From positions 1 to 42,500 of the forward strand of contig CAZTLA010000002.1 of the NCBI GenBank assembly GCA_964614365.1: 42,500 bases of DNA, written 5' to 3'. Of the stretch, positions 36,986 through 42,500 are shown in pieces; positions within the stretch are counted from its first letter, which is position 1; each line of letters begins with the position of its first letter. The position numbers were made by a program, and so were the translations under genes. The notes under the pieces are model-generated. The model had not been told where the DNA came from and did no database searches. It saw only the letters and a list, made by a program, of their open reading frames with translations. This stretch comes from an uncultured Syntrophales bacterium (GTDB lineage: Bacteria; Desulfobacterota; Syntrophia; Syntrophales; JACQWR01).

Positions 36986-38524
36986 ATGGATCACTACCGT
37001 CGTTATTATGAGCCTACTAAGGATCTGCTGTATAAAACCGAGTTCAACAGGTGGACAACACCCGGTGAGGACGAGACCATGAAAAAAGACGGTTATTTTG
37101 AAATTTTGATCGAAGGGATCAGGAAGGCGGCCCCGAAGGGGAAGAAGCTTACCCTGGGAGAGATCATAGCCCTGGCCCAACGGCTGGATGTCAGGGTAAG
37201 CGACATCGTGATCGCGGAAGCGATGGATGCGCATGCCCTTAGTTGCGATAAGGTGATTGAGGCCGTTCTCGGCGCCTTCAGTTCCAACCTGCTCGCGCTG
37301 GAGATCGGCCTTACGAAGGGCAACAGCTTTCTTTTGGGAACGATCGGTAGCGAACTGGCCGCGATACGGAAGAAGAAACCTGCCCTCATTGGAGATAGCT
37401 TCATAGATAAGGCCATGGTTTACACCCTCGCCACGGAAGTGGGAAACCACGAAGTGGGCTTGCAGCCCTGCGCGGGGACGGGCGATTCCTGCGTGTACAC
37501 GGGGCTTATGAAGGCGCTTAAGGAAACGAGGATTTCCCGGCGGAAGCTGGGGCAGATTGCCGCTCTGATCGTCAAGGTCGGCCTCTTCTTCAAGGAAGGG
37601 AAGAAAACCACCGGCTGCAACATGGAGGGTTTCGGTGCGGGTGCAGCCTGCACCGCCGCCGCCCTCACGGAGCTTCGGGGCGGCTCGCCCGAGCAGGTGG
37701 CGAAGGCCATCGTGCTTGCCATCTCCCCCACGGTTGCCGTACCCTGCACGCCGCGGGTCATCGTCTCCGGCCTCTGCGCCACCCACATCGGCGGGGCGAT
37801 ACTCATCGGGAACCTCGCCGCGAACCTCGCCCTCAAGACCTCCATCTCTGTCGCTATTGATGTGGACGTCATGCTTGCCATGACCGCCAAGATTCATGCG
37901 ACGGCGGCGCCCGTTATCACGGGCATCAATCTCGAGTACATGCGCCCCTATTTTAAAACGGAACCGGTCATTGACGGGTTCGTTTCCGGAGTAGTCTGCG
38001 ATGAAGAAAAGGAAAGCTCCGCGCGAATCGTTTCCCGCGCCCGCGAGGAGGTGCGGGCGTTTGCCGAGAGCGCCAATCCCCTCATCAGTCCTTTCGGGGA
38101 AGCGGTGGTGGGAGGAAGCAGTATCGCCGTCGGTTCTCCCACGAACATGGGGCGCGTCGCCCACGAACTGATAGCGGGCAAGATCAAGAAGATCACCATT
38201 GAACTAACCACCGACCTTTTTGCCCGGCGGGCCATCAACGTGCCCGGCATCCTGATGGGAGCGGTCCTCGGCGCATCCACCAAAGACATCAAGGCCTACC
38301 ACGGCATCCTCAAGGAAGTCGCCCGGCAGGGAATCATCGTCAAAATCAAACAGGTAAACGAACCGGAAGTCCAGCGGATAACCATCGAAGCCGCCGGCAA
38401 AAGCGCCTTTGTCGACGCCCTGAACCGGGGCGGGGGACGGTTGAAACTGGTAGATGCCCGTCCCTCTCTGGCGGAAGCCAAAAATGCTGCCGAACGACTG
38501 GGCATCAAGCTTGCCGAGGTTTAA
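36986..38524 (+). CDS. serine-dehydratase-alpha-like (SDH_alpha / UPF0597-type Fe-S hydro-lyase family) protein with extra N- and C-terminal regions
   Basis: VYTLATEVGNHEVGLQPCAGTGDS and GC.MEGFGAGAA.TAAAL.EL.GG.PEQ...A..LA......VPC.P......LC parallel the SdaAA patterns (E.NA..G.IV.APTAGS; GCQ.E.G.A..MAA.......G). The start is set at ATG 36986, because the longer track ORF begins inside the repeat. Confidence 0.55.
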   Translation: MDHYRRYYEPTKDLLYKTEFNRWTTPGEDETMKKDGYFEILIEGIRKAAPKGKKLTLGEIIALAQRLDVRVSDIVIAEAMDAHALSCDKVIEAVLGAFSSNLLALEIGLTKGNSFLLGTIGSELAAIRKKKPALIGDSFIDKAMVYTLATEVGNHEVGLQPCAGTGDSCVYTGLMKALKETRISRRKLGQIAALIVKVGLFFKEGKKTTGCNMEGFGAGAACTAAALTELRGGSPEQVAKAIVLAISPTVAVPCTPRVIVSGLCATHIGGAILIGNLAANLALKTSISVAIDVDVMLAMTAKIHATAAPVITGINLEYMRPYFKTEPVIDGFVSGVVCDEEKESSARIVSRAREEVRAFAESANPLISPFGEAVVGGSSIAVGSPTNMGRVAHELIAGKIKKITIELTTDLFARRAINVPGILMGAVLGASTKDIKAYHGILKEVARQGIIVKIKQVNEPEVQRITIEAAGKSAFVDALNRGGGRLKLVDARPSLAEAKNAAERLGIKLAEV

Positions 38525-38535
38525 GATTAAACATT

Positions 38536-38583
38536 TCCTTCCTTTTCCAAAGGGAAAAAATAATGCCCCTCTTTGGCAAAGAG
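38536..38583 (-). repeat. right member of the inverted double-hairpin repeat pair
   Basis: TCCTTCCTTTTCCAAAGGGAAAAAATAATGCCCCTCTTTGGCAAAGAG, the inverted counterpart of 36921-36970. Confidence 0.7.
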
Positions 38584-38601
38584 CAATGTCTTTACAAGAC
38601 T

Positions 38602-38674
38602 GTCATTTCGAGCAACGCGAGAAATCTTAATGATTATGCATGCTAAAAAGATATCTCCCGTTGGTCGATATGAC
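38602..38674. repeat. long imperfect palindrome (27-nt arms, 4 mismatches)
   Basis: GTCATTTCGAGCAACGCGAGAAATCTT (38602-38628) pairs with AAGATATCTCCCGTTGGTCGATATGAC (38648-38674). The loop contains ATGCAT. Confidence 0.75.
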
Positions 38675-38712
38675 ATGTTCTTGCTGAAACACCACACTAT
38701 GTTGCTGCTGTC

Positions 38713-38754
38713 ATACCCGCCCCCGCCTGCGCGGGGGTAAACTCCGGCGGGTAT
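38713..38754. repeat. nested GC-rich hairpin element
   Basis: The outer stem is ATACCCGCC / GGCGGGTAT and the inner stem is CCCCGC-CTGC-GCGGGG. Confidence 0.7.
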
Positions 38755-38806
38755 CCAGACGCTGTCCCCGCACCCTATCGCAGTTTTCCCTAAACCCATA
38801 AAATCT

Positions 38807-38835
38807 TTGACAAACAAAGTATGATGTGGTTTAGT
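38807..38835 (+). promoter_or_regulatory. sigma70-like promoter candidate (TTGACA-N17-TTTAGT) facing the gene-module array
   Basis: Perfect -35 hexamer at 38807-38812, 17-nt spacer, and a 4/6 -10 hexamer at 38830-38835. It lies about 270 nt upstream of the first module. Confidence 0.35.
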
Positions 38836-39102
38836 CATCCACCGATTCAGTTCCAAACCTTCACAACACTTTGAGGAGTATAGGAATGACCGAGTTGAAA
38901 ACACCACTCACCCCTGTTTTCAAAGATCGGACGCCCCTATCGTTCCTACCGACAGTCCCTGCCGTTCCGTCGTCTCAACGAACTCACATTCTATTAGGGG
39001 GACACCATATAGAAAATCCCTTTAACGAGGAGGGAAAAATGCTTTATCTCTTTTTGTAAGATGAAGAATTTCAGCTTCATTCTAAAATGAACAGGGGGTT
39101 TT

Positions 39103-39462
39103 ATGCCAGAACGAACAAAAGCCATGATAGAAGAGGCGGGTTTTACATGTACTCAGAAAGAGCACGAGTTTCTTGTCCGATCATCTAACAAGGACCCCGA
39201 CACTTTTTTCGTGGTTGCTTCCGGTCTATACTCTTCCAAAATTCTGGAACGTTCGTTGGCAAAACACGCAGAAGCTCTCGTGAAGTCGGCTGAAGCATCG
39301 GAGAAATATACGGTTGCTCTTGTAAGATCGGCTGAAGCCTCAGAAAAGCACACCGCCAACCTTACCCGCGCAACATGGATATTAGCCGCAGCAACTGTCG
39401 GCCTTCTTGTTGCAACAATAGTGCTGGTTTTTGTTACCGCAGCAAGCGGTTGCAGCGGGTAG
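39103..39462 (+). CDS. hypothetical tail-anchored membrane protein (module 1)
   Basis: 119 aa with an AGGGGG RBS, an internal 2 x 14-aa repeat and a C-terminal TM helix (WILAAATVGLLVATIVLVFV). The 3' end runs into repeat copy A. Confidence 0.55.
   Translation: MPERTKAMIEEAGFTCTQKEHEFLVRSSNKDPDTFFVVASGLYSSKILERSLAKHAEALVKSAEASEKYTVALVRSAEASEKHTANLTRATWILAAATVGLLVATIVLVFVTAASGCSG
39274..39357 (+). repeat. 2 x 42-bp in-frame tandem repeat (ALVKSAEASEKYTV / ALVRSAEASEKHTA)
   Basis: Copies at 39274-39315 and 39316-39357, aligned by hand. Confidence 0.75.
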
Positions 39463-39510
39463 CCGTTCCCATGAGCATACTTGCGCGTATGTCAGTCGCC
39501 GATCAGCGAC
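39443..39510 (+). repeat. GC-rich structured inter-module repeat, copy A (most diverged)
   Basis: CAAGCGGTTGCAGCGGGTAGCCGTTCCCATGAGCATACTTGCGCGTATGTCAGTCGCCGATCAGCGAC aligns with the 71-nt cores of copies B-D. Confidence 0.7.
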
Positions 39511-39526
39511 ATTGAGCTATTTTAAA

Positions 39527-40252
39527 ATGAACGATTACGTGATATTTAAATTTACAAAAATTGATAAAAACACCTTGAAGTCTCTGGTGAATAGCGAGCT
39601 TTATTTTGCTCGCCCTGATCACCTAAATGACCCATTCGATTGTCGAGTTGATATTCTCGCTTCTCTTGAAAATGCTATTTCGAGAGCCACTGGGCCAACG
39701 CGCAATACATTGGAACAACTTCGGGAAGACATTAATATAGAGAAGATTAAAACCGATCTTGAGAACTTTGGAGTATGTTCATTTTCTCTCGAACTCAAAA
39801 ATACATTGATGTGGTCTCATTACGCTGATGCTCACCACGGTGTCTGCCTTACGTATGCCTTACCAAAATCTTTCTTTGATGAAAATGTCAAAGAAATCAT
39901 TGGAATTGTCAAAGTCGATTACGGGCTTAATCCTTTATCCGATTGGTTTCTACAGGAAGCACTTAAACCTACCCCATTGAAGGACTTCATACTATTCTTA
40001 ATTAAAAAAGCTCTTACTGTCAAAGCCAAGTTATGGGAATATGAGGAAGAAGTTAGAATTGTGCGACAGAAGGAAGGTGTCCAAGTTATAGATAAGCAGT
40101 ATTTAAAACAAATTTGCTTTGGTCTTGCAACTCCTGATTCTGATATTACGTTACTGAAAAATATTATTAGGCAATGTGGCTATAAAGTTGACTTGTGCAG
40201 GATGATACGTAGCACGTCAAGTGATTTTGGACTTGAATCAATAGAAATATAA
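39527..40252 (+). CDS. DUF2971-family protein (module 2)
   Basis: The N-terminal pattern K....L.SL.N.ELYFARPD.LNDPFDC is the DUF2971 hallmark. The start is set at ATG 39527, because the track ORF start at 39431 lies inside repeat A. Confidence 0.75.
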   Translation: MNDYVIFKFTKIDKNTLKSLVNSELYFARPDHLNDPFDCRVDILASLENAISRATGPTRNTLEQLREDINIEKIKTDLENFGVCSFSLELKNTLMWSHYADAHHGVCLTYALPKSFFDENVKEIIGIVKVDYGLNPLSDWFLQEALKPTPLKDFILFLIKKALTVKAKLWEYEEEVRIVRQKEGVQVIDKQYLKQICFGLATPDSDITLLKNIIRQCGYKVDLCRMIRSTSSDFGLESIEI

Positions 40253-40329
40253 CATTATTCCTCACCTCGCTGACGTGCCGCTGTGCTCCATGCTGGGGAA
40301 GGGTCAGGTCTTGGGTCTTGAATAGAGAA

Positions 40330-40359
40330 GCCGACTATCTACAGCGTCGGCCGATTTTC
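40330..40359 (+). terminator. weak hairpin plus short T-tract downstream of the DUF2971 gene
   Basis: GCCGAC-N10-GTCGGC followed by CGATTTTCG. The 6-bp stem makes this only a marginal terminator. Confidence 0.25.
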
Positions 40360-40365
40360 GCTGTT

Positions 40366-40510
40366 GGCACGGACGTTGCGCGCCGCGCCATCGGGGCTGC
40401 GAATTGCCCCCACTTTCTGTCCGGCTCTTCGCGCCTGGTCATCAAGCGGTTGCAGCGGGCAGCCATCCCCGCAAGCACGCTCGCGTGTCCGCTATCCGCT
40501 GATCCGCAGC
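40366..40510 (+). repeat. GC-rich structured inter-module repeat, copy B (extended, with a partial left-arm duplication)
   Basis: 40366-40392 resembles the left arm of copy D. 40396-40439 resembles the left arm of copy C. The 71-nt core is 40440-40510 (CATCAAGCGGTTGCAGCGGGCAGCC...CCGCTGATCCGCAGC). Confidence 0.85.
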
Positions 40511-40541
40511 GTAGATCTGAAAAATGAAAAGATAACAGAAG

Positions 40542-40886
40542 ATGAAAAAGCGGCTTCGCAAAAAGAAACACCATGGTGAATTCACCGAGTGGGGACGGCA
40601 ACTCTTCGTTAGGAGAAATCGGAAGGACGGATTCGATGAGTTCCTTGACTCCTTCATCGAGCAAGCCATCGAGGCAAACGGATGCTACTGCGGCGGAGGC
40701 GGGAAGGAAGACAAACTGGACGTGCTACTGGAGCTCGGGCGTCGCTCGGACGATCCTGCTGCGAGGCTAAAGAAGATCGCGGCATGGCTCGATGCTCGTC
40801 CTGATGTGGAGAGCTGGAGGACGAGCGAAGAGTTCGACGTATGGCACGGGGTCTTCCAGGATATTGGCGACAAGATTGAACAATAG
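40542..40886 (+). CDS. YggL-like (DUF469) protein (module 3)
   Basis: 114 aa. The N-terminal KKRLRKKKHHGEFTEWG matches the RRLRKK.H..EF.E.G pattern of the YggL 50S-binding protein family. Confidence 0.65.
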   Translation: MKKRLRKKKHHGEFTEWGRQLFVRRNRKDGFDEFLDSFIEQAIEANGCYCGGGGKEDKLDVLLELGRRSDDPAARLKKIAAWLDARPDVESWRTSEEFDVWHGVFQDIGDKIEQ

Positions 40887-40934
40887 CGTAAATCCGAACG
40901 GTGAAAAATGCGTCTGTTTCCATTGGGCTTTGGT

Positions 40935-41050
40935 GCGGCGAATTGCCATCCGCTTTCTGTCCCGGCGCACCGCGCCGGTCCATCAAGCGGCTGCTGCGGT
41001 CAGCCACCCCCACGAGTACGCTCGCGTGTACGTCAGCCGCTGATCCGCGG
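40935..41050 (+). repeat. GC-rich structured inter-module repeat, copy C
   Basis: Left arm 40935-40980 (GCGGCGAATTGCC...CTTTCTGTCC...) plus core 40981-41050. It differs from copy D at about 8/71 core positions. Confidence 0.85.
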
Positions 41051-41115
41051 CCCCGCTATGTGCTCGCAAAAATTCATATTTTATGATACTCAAAAACATC
41101 AATGGAGGTATCATT

Positions 41116-41328
41116 ATGAGTTTAACAGAGACAATTATTAAGGATGTACAAGCATTGTCAGAATCGAAACAGATAGAAGTTCTTGATTTTGTACAATACC
41201 TTCGCTCAAAGGCAGAAAAACAGGAGATAAACTATTGGGCAGATTTTTCCTTATCTTCTGCGATACGAGGGATGGAGGACGAACAAGCTCCGTATTCACT
41301 CGATGATATTAAGGAATCATTTTCATGA
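41116..41328 (+). CDS. DUF2281-like type II antitoxin (module 4, first gene)
   Basis: The L.E..Q.EVLDFV.YL..K pattern is present. GGAGG lies 7 nt upstream of ATG 41116. An ATGA overlap with the toxin start (41325-41328) is typical of TA coupling. Confidence 0.65.
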   Translation: MSLTETIIKDVQALSESKQIEVLDFVQYLRSKAEKQEINYWADFSLSSAIRGMEDEQAPYSLDDIKESFS

Positions 41329-41677
41329 TTGCCGAGTCACAGATTGTACTTTTCAGATTACCTCAAACAGATCAAACAGAAGCAAAGCTTCGCCCTGCCC
41401 TCGTACTTCGTCGATTACCTGGCCAATATAACGATTGGATAATTTGCATGATATCGTCACACCTCCATCAAGAAATTCCTGACTTTGATGAAGTTATCAC
41501 TCCCACTGATTCAGATTTCCAACAGTCTGGTTTGAAGTTAAGTTAGCAAGCGTCATCAGAATTAGCAGACTTGCAGTAGTTAATAGCGATGTTCTCTTGG
41601 GGAAATTAGGCCAAATTGATACTCAGCGTCTGTCTCGCATACAACAAAGATTGGCAAATTGGATACAAGGCACATAA
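41325..41677 (+). pseudogene. PemK/MazF-family toxin gene disrupted by a 5-bp tandem duplication (AGTTA AGTTA, 41536-41545)
   Basis: The track ORF stops at 41546. The -1 frame continues as ASVIRISRLAVVNSDVLLGKLGQIDTQRLSRIQQRLANWIQGT* up to TAA 41675-41677. Removing one AGTTA restores a 115-aa MazF-sized protein (..PALVL....DWIICMISS..........SDFQQSGLKLASVIRISRL). Confidence 0.75.
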
Positions 41678-41727
41678 CCATTCGCTCCGGCGGACGGCGA
41701 GAAAAAGCGCTCCCCCTGAGCTTGGGC

Positions 41728-41825
41728 GATGGCGCGGACGCTTCGCGCCGCGCCATCAAGCGGCTGCAGCGGGCAGCCGTCCCCGCGAGCACGCTCGCGA
41801 GTACGTCAGCCGCTGATCCGCAGCC
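41728..41825 (+). repeat. GC-rich structured inter-module repeat, copy D
   Basis: Left-arm hairpin GATGGCGCGG-N10-CCGCGCCATC (41728-41757) plus core 41754-41825. Confidence 0.85.
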
Positions 41826-41857
41826 CCGTTCGCTTGTAATCAAAGGAGGATTGTCAA

Positions 41858-42500
41858 ATGTTTTGGATTGCATTGGCAATACTGATAATTGTTGGCTGGA
41901 TTATCTACTTAAGACGGAAAGGCAGCGTCACGCTTACTAAAGATCAAGCAGAAATGGTTGTGGGATTATGCCGCAAAGAGAAGACCGAAATAGAAAAGAA
42001 AATGCAAGACATGGTTGATGAGAGTGCGATTCAAGAGGGAACGGTAACAGTGGATAGCCTTTGCAAAGAAACCGCAGATATGTCTGAAGATGTGAAACAG
42101 GGGATCATAAGGTTCAAACAGGGGTTGCTTGATAAATATGGACCAGCCATTCCCGTCAATACTGCTCACAGAATTTCGTGGGAATTGGAAGGTAACGGTC
42201 AGATGTGGAGCGATGGTCCTGGATGTTTTGAGCGGCATCTCCAGAGAAGGGAAGGAAATCTCCTGTTCCCACCGGGACGTAGGATTGTGACCCGCAAAGA
42301 AATAGAGGAGGCGTGCGAAAAAGATAGGAAGGAACAAGAATATTTCTGCAAAAAAGTAGATGAGCTGGCAAGTCAAATGCAAAACTTAGGAAAAATACCA
42401 ATTGGTCAAGTGTCAACTCTTTTACAAAACATCCAATCTTTAATGGAAGAGGCTGCATCAATAGGTGGCGAGGCGTTACACAAAATATCTCATCTGGAAA
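41858..42500 (+). CDS. hypothetical N-terminally membrane-anchored protein (module 5, partial, runs off the window)
   Basis: AAGGAGG (41843-41849) lies 8 nt upstream of ATG 41858. Frame 2 is open for all 214 codons to the window end, which I translated by hand: MFWIALAILIIVGWIIYLRRKG.... It is missing from the ORF track because no stop is reached. Confidence 0.7.
   Translation, partial: MFWIALAILIIVGWIIYLRRKGSVTLTKDQAEMVVGLCRKEKTEIEKKMQDMVDESAIQEGTVTVDSLCKETADMSEDVKQGIIRFKQGLLDKYGPAIPVNTAHRISWELEGNGQMWSDGPGCFERHLQRREGNLLFPPGRRIVTRKEIEEACEKDRKEQEYFCKKVDELASQMQNLGKIPIGQVSTLLQNIQSLMEEAASIGGEALHKISHLE

Noticed and set aside
27246-38164. A series of long minus-strand ORFs (27246-27896, 30096-31040, 31394-32632, 32598-33566, 33934-35058, 36902-38164).
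   Set aside because: Each is the antisense shadow of a plus-strand gene with strong family signatures (GntR, PrpD-like, DHODH-like, IPMDH-like, LeuC-like, SDH-alpha-like). None shows a recognisable motif or a plausible RBS.
38527-39059. ORFs 38527-38907 (minus) and 38871-39059 (plus) in the repeat mosaic.
   Set aside because: The minus ORF is built from translated hairpin repeats. The plus ORF (an alternative start at 38886 has a GAGGAG RBS) is short and Pro/Thr-rich with no recognisable family. It is kept only as a remote possibility.
39443-41825. Whether the four repeats form a CRISPR array, DGR template/variable repeats, or tRNA-like genes (the core is about 72 nt).
   Set aside because: The spacers are 390-900 bp and contain genes, so this is not a CRISPR array. 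No reverse transcriptase is present and the differences between copies are not adenine-specific, so these are not DGR repeats. There is no T-loop (GTTCRA) or cloverleaf consistent with a tRNA.
40318-41940. ORFs 40318-40527, 40364-40579, 40901-41086, 40908-41141, 41616-41816 and 41659-41940, which translate across the GC-rich repeats (shared ...IKRLQRAA.PASTLA...SADP... peptides).
   Set aside because: The similarity is at the DNA level. The copies sit in different frames relative to their flanks, and the ORFs start or stop arbitrarily in unique sequence. They are best explained as non-coding repeats.
41966-42461. Minus-strand ORFs 41966-42382 and 42156-42461.
   Set aside because: They are superseded by the plus-strand frame, which is open from an AAGGAGG-preceded ATG at 41858 to the window end. 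The minus-strand translations are low-complexity and lack start signals.
38525-42500. Calling a complete integron (intI plus attI plus cassettes).
   Set aside because: No ORF in the window resembles a tyrosine recombinase, and canonical GTTRRRY core sites are not consistently present. Only the weaker 'cassette-like array / possible CALIN' statement is supported.

Overview
This 42.5-kb window comes from a GC-rich chromosome (about 60% G+C in the core regions, from hand counts of sample lines). Gene content suggests an anaerobe, possibly Desulfobacterota/Syntrophia-like, but that is only a guess. I see six blocks. (1) 1-8.8 kb is an AT-rich surface-glycan island: HpcH-type aldolase, CMP-ulosonate-type cytidylyltransferase, a 584-aa unknown, a B12-radical SAM enzyme, a DegT aminotransferase, a GT2 and a polytopic membrane protein. 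(2) 8.8-16.5 kb holds GC-rich core genes: initiating sugar transferase, CapD/PglF dehydratase, Trm112, a PagL-like OMP, rlmN, icd, a LysM-NlpC/P60 hydrolase and mtgA. (3) 16.6-23.8 kb is a complex-I / group-4-hydrogenase-like operon. Its NuoB-like and NuoCD/HycE-like subunits have lost the Fe-S and NiFe cysteine ligands (Ehr-type). Two antiporter-like genes are frameshifted, and the operon is bracketed by a 28-nt direct repeat. (4) 24.1-38.5 kb is a GntR-associated TctBAC (TTT) transporter cluster. It carries three tandem RraA/HMG-aldolase-like paralogs, a PrpD-like protein, a DHODH-like Fe-S flavoenzyme, an IPMDH-like protein, LeuCD-like proteins, a second TctC and an SDH-alpha-like gene, with MITE-like repeats between genes. 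(5) 38.5-39.1 kb is a mosaic of hairpin repeats. (6) 39.1-42.5 kb is an AT-rich array of small co-oriented genes: a TM protein, DUF2971, a YggL-like protein, a DUF2281/MazF TA pair with a disrupted toxin, and another TM protein. Each is separated from the next by a copy of one GC-rich structured repeat. The layout resembles integron cassettes, but no integrase is present and canonical attC core sites are only partly supported. I recognised no rRNA, tRNA, CRISPR, transposase or recombinase gene. In the GC-rich part, many long ORFs in the track are antisense shadow ORFs.
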